Assembly: GCA_031430855.1 (NCBI GenBank) | Contig: JANPCG010000010.1 | Span: 35,714-99,713 of the forward strand | Source: Candidatus Kaiserbacteria bacterium | GTDB lineage: Bacteria > Patescibacteriota > Minisyncoccia > Phycocordibacterales > UBA918 | Direction of reading: 5' to 3' | DNA length: 64,000 nucleotides | Shown: positions 1 to 9,839 of the stretch, piece by piece | How positions within the stretch are numbered: the stretch's first letter is position 1 | How the letters are laid out: each line of letters starts with the position of its first letter | Notes under the pieces: model-generated | Seen by the model: only the letters and a program-made list of their open reading frames with translations | Database searches by the model: none | What the model was told of the DNA's origin: nothing | Program-made: the position numbers and the translations under genes

Positions 1-3000
1 GAACATACAACAGTTTACGCTCCAGAGTGGACGAGTATTTGAAACGACAGGCACCTTTACCCATGCCGCCAGTGGGACAGCTACTACCTGGACTGGTTCA
101 ACCTTGCGGCTATCTGGTAGTGATTCGGCCATTAATCTAAAGACTCATGGCGGAGATGTGTACGGTACTATTCAAACGAGTGGTGATACTGACGCGATTG
201 TATGGAATAGTAGTGCGACCAGTATTGTAAACGCGAGTACCTCGTCATTATATTCAGCTGATCATGCGGGGATTGATGGTGACCTTACTATTTACGGTGA
301 TTACGTACGAACGACAGGAACTGAGTTCTGGAGTTTAGCGACTGACTTTGATGGTGTGGCCCTGACTGGTTCAACCAGTCGTCAAGTTGATGTACGAATT
401 GCTACTGGTTCACGAGTCGGCTTTGTTTCTTCGTCGCTTAATCTCGTCGGCGGTAGTGGTGCGACAACTACAATTGACGCAGTATCTGGTGCGTATAGTC
501 TCAGTGCGACAAATACGACGATTACCGCGCAGGCTTTTAGTTTGGCAGGAACAGACACTCAAGGTCTCGTTTTGCAAGCGTCTACTTCCTTGGCTAGTTT
601 CCAAGACGGATTGTTTACTGTTATTCCTGGTCGGAGTGGTATCACTATCAGTAGTACAACCGTCGCACAAAATCCTTCGGCGCAGTACCAGCGGATTAGT
701 TTTGCGACGACCTCAGCTGGGGTTGGAACGAACGTTACCTTGGTTGGTACCACAAGTTCGTTTATCTGGTTCCGTACCGGTGGAGGCAATCTTTATGGTG
801 AAGCGTATGACGGGGGAGATGCAAATCCTGGATCAATTCGATGGGATGATAGTTCAAACTCGATTACGGTGTCCGGTGTCGTCTATTCAAACGATGGAAC
901 AACGATTCTGGGAGCACCGACGTGTAACGGAACCACGCCGAATGTACGGATTGTCGTAAATAATGGTACGTATACCGCTTCAACTACCTGTGCAGTCGGA
1001 ACCGGTGCCTACTCATTTGCGGGGGTAGCCTACGTTGGTGACCCAAAAATTACGGTCTATCTCGACACTAATGGTGGAGTGCGAGGAACTGCTATTACAA
1101 AAACTCCAACTGCAAACATTACGAATATGCATATTTATGCTGATCGTATTATTACTCGTCATCAAGACGTTGTGCCACTGACGATTTCTGACATGACTAC
1201 CTTTGACTTTGATGATGATACAGATATACGATTTATTGCGACCACAACTGGTTCGACTACGCTCACGGTGCTCCCGAACACTAGTCTGTTTGTGTTTGCC
1301 ACAACAACTTTCGCGCCAGGTGGAAATATTACACTCACCGGTAACGCGAGCTCGTCCGCAGTCGAAGGAACGCTTCAGTTAGCTAATGCGGCGACGTTTA
1401 CGGCAACCGGAACAGAAATGCACTCACTTTCAGGCCGGTTAGTGTTAGCTACAACTTCAGTCTTTACTGCGGCATCATCAACCTTTGTCTTTAACGCGAC
1501 CACTTCTGGCAAGAGTATTACGAGTCCAAATACCGTCACGTTTAATCAGCTCCAATTTACTGGAGCTGGTGGTGGTTGGAATATAACTGCGCCACTTATC
1601 GTGCAGGCAAATATGGATATTGCGACCGGAACTGTTACAGGAACAAATAACATCACGCTCACAGGTGGTTCACTCTCCGGTAATGGAACACTCTCGCTTG
1701 GTTCTGGCACCACAACCATTAACCAAACGAATACCCTTGGCGGTACGAGGGCTTGGACATTTGCAAACTTGGTCTTAGGTAATGGTTCGAGTGTAGGCAC
1801 GTCAACTCCTAATACGAGCGCTACTACGACCGTCAGTGGACGTCTTACTATTAGTAATGTTCACGTCCTCAAGGCTAACGCGACCTTGTGGGATCTCTCC
1901 GGTACGGGTACCGTCTTTACCGAAACCGGTACGCTCGTTGAAGACACAAGCACCTTTAGATACAGTGGAACTGCTTCAAATGTACTTTCAACTGGGTACT
2001 ATAATCTTGATCTTAATAGTGGAGCAGGGTCAGCTACGTATACCGCAGTTGGACTGGGTATCAGTGTGGCTAATAACCTCACTATTGGAGGTACTGCGAC
2101 AACAAACTTTAACCTCACCATCAACGACCCACTCTTAGTGGTTGGTAATGACATTTTGATTCGAAGTAACGGTACACTTACGGCCAGTGATATTGCGACG
2201 ACAACAGTGGCTCGTGATTGGATGAACACTGGTGCATTTATAAGTAACGGCGGTACAGTCACCTTTGTTGGTACCGGTTCTTCTACGATTATCGCCAGCT
2301 CATCATCCTTTGGTAATCTCACAATAAATGGTGCGGGTAGCTTTACGGTAGCTTCGAGCGCTACGACAACTGGTGCCTTCATGCTTACAAATCATGCCAA
2401 CTTTACTCTCTCAAGTGGTCGAACGCTCGCGATTGGTGGCAATTTCACTAACGGACTTGGAGGCGGAGCTACCACGTGGACTGGTAGTACACTGCATCTC
2501 TTTGGTGGCAACACGAAAGTAATTAATGCGTCTACGACCAGCGATGTGTACGAAACGCTTTCGGTCGCAGCTAGTACTAATGTTCGTATATGGAATAGCT
2601 CAGCTACAACGTACAATGCAACGGGCGGAATTTACTCACAAGACCATGCAGGTAGTAACGGAGCTCTAAATGTTTACGGTGCCTTCACTTCAAATACGCT
2701 GACTGATCACTGGAGCTACGCTACTGACTTTGATGGTACGTCACTTGCCGGGTCAGAACGAGCGGTAACGGTCTCGTTTGCAAGTAGTAGTAGTGCAACG
2801 TATACCGGAGGTAATCTCTTTGTAGTTGGAACCACTACAGCCTCAACCACTGTTCAAAATCAAGGTGTTGGTCGCTACACGGTGACCATTGGTACGGGAG
2901 CGACAACGCAATGGGATATGGTGCGAGTTCGTAATACTAATACCACCGGAATTGTCTTCACTGGTACTCCTCTCGTAACTGATTTCTCTCGTACTGACCA

Positions 3001-6000
3001 CATCATTGATATCAATAGTGGTACCGCTTTTACTGTCGGCGGTACCGTCATTGATGTGAATCAAGCCAAGAACTTTACGAACAATGTTTTTGCGACTTCC
3101 TCTGGTATCACGAGTGCAAGTAACGTGACAGCCACTGGTACAACCGTTAGTTCGTGGCGCTTTACAAATCATACTGGTGCGCTCTCAGGCGAGTTATATG
3201 ACTCCGACCCGGCTGGTGATCCAGGGTACTTGGTATGGGACAACTCAGCCGCACTCATCACAGTTTCCGGTAATGTGTACAGTGACGAAGGGTCAACAGT
3301 CTCAACTGTCTGTGATGGCACGACCCAAAATGTTGTCCTTCGAGTAGCTGGACTGACGACCTACACTTCATCATGTAATGCCGGAACCGGAGCGTATAGT
3401 ATGAGTGGTGTGGCATTTAGTCCTTCTGACACGCTCACGGTGTATATAGACGGGAATACTCGCAAGGCGGCGACAGTCAGTTCTGATCCAATTTCTTCAA
3501 TTGGTAACATGAACCTCTATGAAAACCGGGTCATTGTGCGGCACGAAAATACCAGCCCACTTTCGATTGCTGATATGGCAGTGTGGGATAGTTCTGACGA
3601 TGCAGACATTCAATTTACGGCGATTGATGCGGGGACAGATACACTCACGCTTCCGGCTGATCAAAAGTTATTAATTTGGAATGGTAAAACATTTGAACCG
3701 AATGGAAATGTGACCGTCTCGGGTGGTGGTGCAGGTGGTGCTCAAGATGGAACTCTCGAAGCGCAAACGAACGCGGTCTTTAGAGCGCAGGGAACAGAAC
3801 AACATACGGTCGGTGGCAGCTTTATCTTTGGTACCGGAGCAACTTTTGTGGCAGCGCAGTCATCAACGACTTTCACCACGACCGGTTCGGGACGCACTGT
3901 TGATGTCAATGCGGCGAGTTTCGGTAATGTTGCCTTTACTGGTTCAGGTAGCTGGACGGTTACTGATGCAACCTTTGCGACGAGTCGTTCATTTACGCAA
4001 ACGAATGGTACTGTAACCTTTGGTGCAGGCACGACAACAGTTGGTCGTTCGTTTAACGCGACTGCTGGTACGTTTATAATGTCTGGTTCGGCTCTTGTGT
4101 TTGTGAGTACGACAACCGGTAATGTTGTGCGCTTTGATGATTCATCGGTACCTGGTCTCCAATTCGTTGGTACTGGTGGAGCGTGGGCTATGACTGATAC
4201 TGATGCGACAACTACCGGTTCGTTTGCGGTGGCATCTGGTACGGTGACCTTGCCGTCTGGAAACCTAACCGTCAGTCGAAACTTCACTAACACTGGTGGA
4301 ACGATCACTAACAATACGTCGGATATTATAATGGTGGCTTCGTCCACAGCGACACTTACCGCCAGTGGCTCGAGTCTGTTTGCAGTGCGCTTCACCGGCG
4401 TTGGTCCGTTTACTATTGGTGATGTGAATTTAACTCTCTTGGATTCTCTGACGCTCGCAACGGGAACGCTTACTCTCGCGACGGGGACGTTATCTGTCGG
4501 TGGTGATTTCCTTATCGCTTCAGGAACGCTTAACAATGCAAGTGGTACGGTACTCTTTAATGCAACTACCGTAGGCAAGACTATAACGTTTGGAGCAAAT
4601 GCACTCTATAACGTGGTGTTTGGAAGTGGTACGGGTGGTTGGAATTTTACCGGGAACGCAACCACTACCAATAATTTCTCGATTACCGGAGCCACTTCGT
4701 TTACAAAAGAAGCCGACACAACCCTTAATGTTGGTGGGGTGTTTACAAACTTGGTTGGTGGTGCTAACACGACGTGGGCAACTTCAACCCTTCGTCTCTA
4801 CGGTACTGCCGGGTATACCCTTAATACCAAAACGGTTGGGGGTGATGTATACGGCACGCTATTTATTGGTACAAACCTACCAGTCAGAAGTTGGAATAGT
4901 AGTGCTGCTACTACGACCGTTAGTGCTGGTTCATCATGGTATTCACAAGATCATGCGGTGGTCGATGGTAATCTCAATATTTACGGTTCACTTACGATTG
5001 CGACGACTACAGAATACTGGAATTATTCGACGGACTTTGATGGTGCTGCCCTTACGGGAGTTAATCAGCGAGCGGTTGCGGTTCGGTTTGCTCAAAATGC
5101 TACCACTACCGTCGCCTCTGGCGCTCTCCAAATTGTCGGAACTACAACGGCATCGACTACGATTGGTAATCAGGCGACTGGTACCTATGCCCTCAGTATT
5201 CATGGTGGAACGTTTACCGCCCAGTACTACGCGTTCTCAAATCTTAATGCGTCTGGTTTGCAATTTGTTAATACTCCAACTATCTCAAATCTTTCAAATG
5301 GCTACTTTAATCTCGCCGTAAACAGTGGGTCATTAATTTCACTAGCAACCACCTCTCTTGATGCAAATGCCTCAAAGATTTGGACAGCGGTTGCGTTTAA
5401 TGCCACTTCCGGTCTCTCTGGTACTAACGTCAACCTCTCAGGATCATCGAGTAACGCGTGGCGTTTCAGTGGCAGTTACGGAAACCTGGGTGGTGAGGAC
5501 TACGATAACGATGGCGCCACTGCCTGTGGATCAATTCGGTGGGATAATAGTGGATGTTTACTGACACAACAAAGTTATATCCGCTGGCGTAATGATGATG
5601 GTGGGGAAGGTGCGCCACAAAGTGAGTGGTTTAATACCTCCTTTGATTACCGTAAGCGAGTTCGGGTAGTTAATAGTGATGCAAGTAACTATGCGAGTAC
5701 GGCGGTTAAGATAAATGTGACCTACGATAGTAATATGCAGTCCGACTTTGATGATTTACGCTTCACTGCAAATGATGGTACTACTACCATTCCCTATTGG
5801 ATTGAACGCTATACCGCGAGTACTGACGCGGTGGTGTGGGTCCGCGTTCCAAATATTGCCGCGAGCAGTATTGCCACTGTCTTTATGTACTATGGAAGTA
5901 GTACCGCGCCAAACAGTAGCTCGGGGTCTACTACGTTTGCTGCCTTTGATGATTTTGAAGACAATAACATTACCGAGTACGCTGGCGATACCGGTATATT

Positions 6001-7840
6001 CCAAACGGATACCACTCCGGTGTATGGTGGCACCTACGCGCTTGAAGCGTTAAATAAATCGGCTCGCGCGACTGACGGTATTTTCCGCACTGCACTCACG
6101 GTCAGTCAGGGTCAAATCATCCGCTGGATGCAATACATTGATACCGTTGCCGGCTCGGGAGATGAAGCGTGTACCCTCTTTGGGGTCCAGTCACCAGGTA
6201 CGAACAATAATAATTACGCTGTATGTCTTGAACAGTTTGGTACTGATCGGATTGCCATCTCTGAGAATGTTTCAGATAACGATGTGTCTGGTACTGTACT
6301 TTCGTCAACGACAGTAAGCTACACCACCGGGTGGTATGAAGTAGAGGTTGATTGGCAGACTAATAATACGATGAAAGCGTATCTCCGTACTGCAGCAGGC
6401 GCCTTGGTTGCATCAACTACTGCGACTGATGCCTCGTACACCACTGGTGGTATGGGCTTTACCTTCTGGTTCCAAAATGGTTCATGGGATAGCTTTACGG
6501 CGCGTGCGCGAGCTATGATCGCGCCAACAGTGTACTTTGGTGACGAGCAAACAGATGGTGGAGCAACCTGGGCAGCCGCTCAAAATGCACTCGGGTCGGG
6601 AATTCCTGGTACGGTACGTCGTCTCCGGGTCGGAATCGAAAATTCAGGTCTTAATGTAACTGGACAAACCTATCGACTTGAATACGCAGGGAAAGGTGTA
6701 GCGCCAAGTTGTGAGGCGGTGAGTTCTGGTAGTTATACCGCTGTGCCAAATCAAGCGAGTTGTGGTAGTTCTCCCGTCTGTATGCAAACCTCTACTAATA
6801 TTACTGATGGTGATGCTACAACCGACTTGCTTTCGAGTACTACTGGTGCGTTTACGGCTGGTCGAATTGTTGAGAGTCCATCTAATATCACGAGCGCTCT
6901 TAATATTAACCAAAACTTCTACACAGAGCTTGAGTATGCGATTACTCCAACAGTTAATGCCTCCGACGCCTATTGTTTCCGGGTCACTAATGGAGGGACA
7001 CCGCTCGATTTCTACAATAAAATAGCTGAGCTTGGTCTGCAGTTCGATCCAGTATTTGGACCAGTGAGTGTCAATAATGGTAATCCGATTATTTTGAATC
7101 CTGGTACGACAACGGCTATCTTTGCAACAGGTACCGTAACAGATTTTAATGGGCCGGGTGATTTGCAGCGAGCAACGTCAACCCTCTATCGAAGTAGTGC
7201 TGGTCCAAGTTGTGTTCGCAATAACAATAATTGTTATATTAGTAACACAGCGAGTTCTACTTGTACGTTCACCAACTGTTCTGGTAATACTTGTACGTTG
7301 TCATGTCGAGCAGATATTTTCTTCCACGCTGATGCGACTGACGTAGTGCCGTATGAAGGGGAAGAGTGGACGGCGTTCCTGGAGGTGTCTGATACTGGTG
7401 GAGGCTATGATTTTGCATCACCAGTCACAGGGGTAGAACTGCAGACATTACGTTATATGACGGTAGATACTGGCATTAACTACGGATCCCTTGCCGTAAC
7501 TGAAAACACTGGCGCATATAACCCAACTACTACAATATCTAATCTCGGAAATGTTGCATTCAACCTAGAAGTGTCAGGCAGTAACCTGACTGATGGCGGA
7601 TCTTCAGTCATCCCAGCTAATAAACAGAAATTTGCCAGTACTACTTTTATCTATAACTCATGTATCAGTTGTTCACTCGTTTCAACCAGTACCCCTGTAG
7701 TATTGGCGCTTGGTATCACTAAACCGACGGTTGCTACTCCACCAGTCTCAGCACCTATCTACTGGGGAATTGAAGTACCGCTAGGAGTAGCAAGTGTACC
7801 GCATCAGGGTATCAACTACTTCACGCCAGTTTCGCCGTAG
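1..7840 (+). CDS. Giant Thr/Ser/Gly-rich cell-surface protein (5'-partial, >2578 aa). It has beta-helix/adhesin-like repeats, then a DUF2341-like segment and a jelly-roll-like C-terminal region.
   Basis: The reading frame is open from nt 2 in the same frame as the 104 TTG, and the upstream residues already show the repeat motif (TGSTLRLSG), so the gene starts before the window. Three super-repeats each contain WNSSAT...SQDHAG..G.L.[IV]YG...T.[EH][FY]W[SN][LY][AS]TDFDG..L[TA]G. At nt ~5579-5910 the protein reads IRWRNDDGGE...YRKRVRVVNSD...DLRFTANDGTTTIPYWIERYTASTDAVVWVRVPNIAASSIATVFMYYGSS, which matches the DUF2341 consensus I remember (DirF..dG..L.yeIE.wd...a.vWVkvp.l....iymYYGN). Confidence 0.8.
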   Translation, partial: NIQQFTLQSGRVFETTGTFTHAASGTATTWTGSTLRLSGSDSAINLKTHGGDVYGTIQTSGDTDAIVWNSSATSIVNASTSSLYSADHAGIDGDLTIYGDYVRTTGTEFWSLATDFDGVALTGSTSRQVDVRIATGSRVGFVSSSLNLVGGSGATTTIDAVSGAYSLSATNTTITAQAFSLAGTDTQGLVLQASTSLASFQDGLFTVIPGRSGITISSTTVAQNPSAQYQRISFATTSAGVGTNVTLVGTTSSFIWFRTGGGNLYGEAYDGGDANPGSIRWDDSSNSITVSGVVYSNDGTTILGAPTCNGTTPNVRIVVNNGTYTASTTCAVGTGAYSFAGVAYVGDPKITVYLDTNGGVRGTAITKTPTANITNMHIYADRIITRHQDVVPLTISDMTTFDFDDDTDIRFIATTTGSTTLTVLPNTSLFVFATTTFAPGGNITLTGNASSSAVEGTLQLANAATFTATGTEMHSLSGRLVLATTSVFTAASSTFVFNATTSGKSITSPNTVTFNQLQFTGAGGGWNITAPLIVQANMDIATGTVTGTNNITLTGGSLSGNGTLSLGSGTTTINQTNTLGGTRAWTFANLVLGNGSSVGTSTPNTSATTTVSGRLTISNVHVLKANATLWDLSGTGTVFTETGTLVEDTSTFRYSGTASNVLSTGYYNLDLNSGAGSATYTAVGLGISVANNLTIGGTATTNFNLTINDPLLVVGNDILIRSNGTLTASDIATTTVARDWMNTGAFISNGGTVTFVGTGSSTIIASSSSFGNLTINGAGSFTVASSATTTGAFMLTNHANFTLSSGRTLAIGGNFTNGLGGGATTWTGSTLHLFGGNTKVINASTTSDVYETLSVAASTNVRIWNSSATTYNATGGIYSQDHAGSNGALNVYGAFTSNTLTDHWSYATDFDGTSLAGSERAVTVSFASSSSATYTGGNLFVVGTTTASTTVQNQGVGRYTVTIGTGATTQWDMVRVRNTNTTGIVFTGTPLVTDFSRTDHIIDINSGTAFTVGGTVIDVNQAKNFTNNVFATSSGITSASNVTATGTTVSSWRFTNHTGALSGELYDSDPAGDPGYLVWDNSAALITVSGNVYSDEGSTVSTVCDGTTQNVVLRVAGLTTYTSSCNAGTGAYSMSGVAFSPSDTLTVYIDGNTRKAATVSSDPISSIGNMNLYENRVIVRHENTSPLSIADMAVWDSSDDADIQFTAIDAGTDTLTLPADQKLLIWNGKTFEPNGNVTVSGGGAGGAQDGTLEAQTNAVFRAQGTEQHTVGGSFIFGTGATFVAAQSSTTFTTTGSGRTVDVNAASFGNVAFTGSGSWTVTDATFATSRSFTQTNGTVTFGAGTTTVGRSFNATAGTFIMSGSALVFVSTTTGNVVRFDDSSVPGLQFVGTGGAWAMTDTDATTTGSFAVASGTVTLPSGNLTVSRNFTNTGGTITNNTSDIIMVASSTATLTASGSSLFAVRFTGVGPFTIGDVNLTLLDSLTLATGTLTLATGTLSVGGDFLIASGTLNNASGTVLFNATTVGKTITFGANALYNVVFGSGTGGWNFTGNATTTNNFSITGATSFTKEADTTLNVGGVFTNLVGGANTTWATSTLRLYGTAGYTLNTKTVGGDVYGTLFIGTNLPVRSWNSSAATTTVSAGSSWYSQDHAVVDGNLNIYGSLTIATTTEYWNYSTDFDGAALTGVNQRAVAVRFAQNATTTVASGALQIVGTTTASTTIGNQATGTYALSIHGGTFTAQYYAFSNLNASGLQFVNTPTISNLSNGYFNLAVNSGSLISLATTSLDANASKIWTAVAFNATSGLSGTNVNLSGSSSNAWRFSGSYGNLGGEDYDNDGATACGSIRWDNSGCLLTQQSYIRWRNDDGGEGAPQSEWFNTSFDYRKRVRVVNSDASNYASTAVKINVTYDSNMQSDFDDLRFTANDGTTTIPYWIERYTASTDAVVWVRVPNIAASSIATVFMYYGSSTAPNSSSGSTTFAAFDDFEDNNITEYAGDTGIFQTDTTPVYGGTYALEALNKSARATDGIFRTALTVSQGQIIRWMQYIDTVAGSGDEACTLFGVQSPGTNNNNYAVCLEQFGTDRIAISENVSDNDVSGTVLSSTTVSYTTGWYEVEVDWQTNNTMKAYLRTAAGALVASTTATDASYTTGGMGFTFWFQNGSWDSFTARARAMIAPTVYFGDEQTDGGATWAAAQNALGSGIPGTVRRLRVGIENSGLNVTGQTYRLEYAGKGVAPSCEAVSSGSYTAVPNQASCGSSPVCMQTSTNITDGDATTDLLSSTTGAFTAGRIVESPSNITSALNINQNFYTELEYAITPTVNASDAYCFRVTNGGTPLDFYNKIAELGLQFDPVFGPVSVNNGNPIILNPGTTTAIFATGTVTDFNGPGDLQRATSTLYRSSAGPSCVRNNNNCYISNTASSTCTFTNCSGNTCTLSCRADIFFHADATDVVPYEGEEWTAFLEVSDTGGGYDFASPVTGVELQTLRYMTVDTGINYGSLAVTENTGAYNPTTTISNLGNVAFNLEVSGSNLTDGGSSVIPANKQKFASTTFIYNSCISCSLVSTSTPVVLALGITKPTVATPPVSAPIYWGIEVPLGVASVPHQGINYFTPVSP
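104..5570 (+). repeat. Three diverged copies of a ~2.3-2.4 kb (~795 aa) super-repeat inside the giant gene.
   Basis: The anchor motif WNSSAT occurs at nt ~206, ~2590 and ~4885 (spacings 2384 and 2295 nt). Each copy is followed by SQDHAG, Y/WxxATDFDG and RxVxVxFA blocks. The similarity is at protein level, not near-identical DNA. Confidence 0.6.
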
Positions 7841-7848
7841 GTAATGAT

Positions 7849-9324
7849 ATGATTACACCAATGGTACAACGATGGCTTGTTTTAGGTGGCATTTTGCTTG
7901 CAATGCCTTTTGGTGTGATTGCTCAAACTAACGATTTGGTGGCACCTGAAATCACTAATGTAAAAGTAGCGAGCTCTACCGCTACGAGCATTACCGTAAC
8001 GTGGGTGACAGATGAAAAAGCTGATTCATCAGTTAACTATAGTTTACAACCCGACCTCGGCGTTGTTCGTAAACCACTCGCTGATCGAACCAATCACTCG
8101 ATTACAATTGATAATCTTGAAGCGGGGAAAACCTATTATTTCAGGGTAATTTCTGCAGACGTCGATGGTAATCAGGGTATTTCAGCTGACTATAAGATTG
8201 AGAGTCCAGAGTCATCGTCCAAAACAACAGAATCAACCACGAAAAATACCGTTCAGGTAGAATCACAAACGACCCAAGAAATCGTTGAGCAAATTAATCA
8301 AATTACTAACCCGCAACAATTGCAGGAAATCCTTAATGAAACCATTAAGGCAATTAAAGGAATTACCGAAGACCTCACCATTGTTGGTCCTCCTACCGTT
8401 GAGCCAGAGACAACCTTTGCTGTCGTGAAGTGGATCACTGACCGGCCGGCAAGTGGTGAGGTAGTTTTCTCACCTACAAGTGGGTTTAATGGTTCAAATT
8501 TTGCGTTCTCGCAGTCATCAACCGGAGATCGGACTACTGATCATGAAATTCGTTTAATCGGCCTTGAGCCTTTTACTGAATATAGTTTCCAGGTTCGTTC
8601 AACTGATGAGTATGGTATTACCGGAGAAAGTCGTAATTACACGTTTCGTACCAAAGCGTCTTTACCTGATATTCGTAACTTGCGTATCGTAAAGGTTGAA
8701 GAAAATGCAGCTACGCTTGCGTGGGATACAACCGTACCAGCAAAAGCCTTGATTGAATATCAGGATTTGACCACCGGGGTACAGAATTCAGTCGGTCGAC
8801 CGACCTTGGCGACCACACACCAGATGCGCTTGGCTGACTTGACCTTGGGAACTCGCTACGTAGCCTTCGTGATAGCAGAAAATTCTGGTGGTGACCGTGT
8901 TCGTAGTCAACCGATTCAGTTTATTACCGTGCGTGATATCGCTCCACCAATCATTACCAATGTAACGAACGAATCAACTATTTTTCCCGGTGGAGAATCT
9001 CGAATTCAAACGATTGTTGAATGGAATACGGACGAAGCTGCATCATGTTTGATGACCTATCGAGAAGGAGTTGCCGGGGGAGTTGATCCGGTTACGATTG
9101 AACAAGAGAATGTGCAGTATTCAACCAGTCACGTAGAAGTAATTGTTGATTTCGCGCCAGCGACAGTGTATCAGTTCTGGCTTAACTGTACGGATGAAGC
9201 GAAAAATACCATTCAGTCTGAAAACTTTGTCCTCTTTACCCCAATTCAAGAGAAAAATATTATTGATTTGATCTTGGAGAACTTTGAGTCGACTTTTGGC
9301 TGGGTTAAGAATATAACTAATTAA
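7849..9324 (+). CDS. Secreted protein with about four fibronectin type III-like domains.
   Basis: There is an N-terminal signal peptide (MITPMVQRWLVLGGILLAMPFGVIAQ). Repeated Fn3-like units follow (ITVTWVTDEKADSSVNY...GKTYYFRVISADVDGNQG; ATLAWDTTVPAKALIEYQ...GTRYVAFVIAENSGG). The gene is 6 nt downstream of the giant gene's stop. Confidence 0.7.
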   Translation: MITPMVQRWLVLGGILLAMPFGVIAQTNDLVAPEITNVKVASSTATSITVTWVTDEKADSSVNYSLQPDLGVVRKPLADRTNHSITIDNLEAGKTYYFRVISADVDGNQGISADYKIESPESSSKTTESTTKNTVQVESQTTQEIVEQINQITNPQQLQEILNETIKAIKGITEDLTIVGPPTVEPETTFAVVKWITDRPASGEVVFSPTSGFNGSNFAFSQSSTGDRTTDHEIRLIGLEPFTEYSFQVRSTDEYGITGESRNYTFRTKASLPDIRNLRIVKVEENAATLAWDTTVPAKALIEYQDLTTGVQNSVGRPTLATTHQMRLADLTLGTRYVAFVIAENSGGDRVRSQPIQFITVRDIAPPIITNVTNESTIFPGGESRIQTIVEWNTDEAASCLMTYREGVAGGVDPVTIEQENVQYSTSHVEVIVDFAPATVYQFWLNCTDEAKNTIQSENFVLFTPIQEKNIIDLILENFESTFGWVKNITN

Positions 9325-9427
9325 AATTATTTATTTCTTAATCCGCCAAAAGGTTCCAGGACTTTCATTAGGGATAGAAAGTCGGAACAAAGTAAAATCA
9401 TACAACCTTACGGTTGTTGTTTTACTT

Positions 9428-9457
9428 TTCGGTTGGGTTAAGAACATCACCAACTAG
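9428..9457 (+). pseudogene. Ghost 3' end: a second copy of the last 9 codons plus stop of the upstream Fn3 gene (FGWVKNITN*), with synonymous changes.
   Basis: The gene ends ttt ggc tgg gtt aag aat ata act aat taa (9295-9324). About 104 nt downstream, ttc ggt tgg gtt aag aac atc acc aac tag encodes the identical 9 residues plus a stop, with 8 silent differences. The frame upstream has no Met and reaches an in-frame stop. Confidence 0.5.
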
Positions 9458-9839
9458 AGCCTAAAAACAGCGAACTTCTTTGTCAGGCTGCAGTAAAAAT
9501 TTTCTCACTGTACAAGGAGTACGGCTCATAAATTTTTCCTTGCCCTCCTCGAATTTCATCTGTTTTATAGACTCTAGTAAAAAAATCTTTCTCTATGGCG
9601 TTTTATCTTCCGTCGTATTTTTTCCCATTTTGCAGAAGCTATTCACTCATTAGAAATTTTTTTCTTTACCTTACAAAATTGCTCAAAGAGTCTTGCGAAG
9701 TGACTTTATGTCACTTCTCACCTCTCATTGCATCCAATTCTTAAAGTTTTTTAGAAATAAAATTTAATAAGACTAAAGATACATTTATTAACTGTGAGTT
9801 GTCTCGATATATATACAGTGAGCGTGTCATAATACATAA

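Noticed and set aside
387-7346. Numerous 60-280-aa ORFs on both strands inside the giant gene, for example 387-959 (+), 3742-4578 (-) and 4590-5321 (+).
   Set aside because: They overlap the 2578-aa frame that carries coherent repeat structure. Their products are low-complexity artefacts (Arg/Leu/Val-rich) of the T/S/G codon bias on the coding strand.
9325-9839. Long 515-bp intergenic region, examined for a promoter, small RNA or CRISPR-like repeats.
   Set aside because: There are no direct repeats, no convincing -35/-10 pair and no stable conserved hairpins. A TCATAAT element lies 12 nt before the ABC ATPase start but has no matching -35. The ghost 3' end fragment is reported separately.
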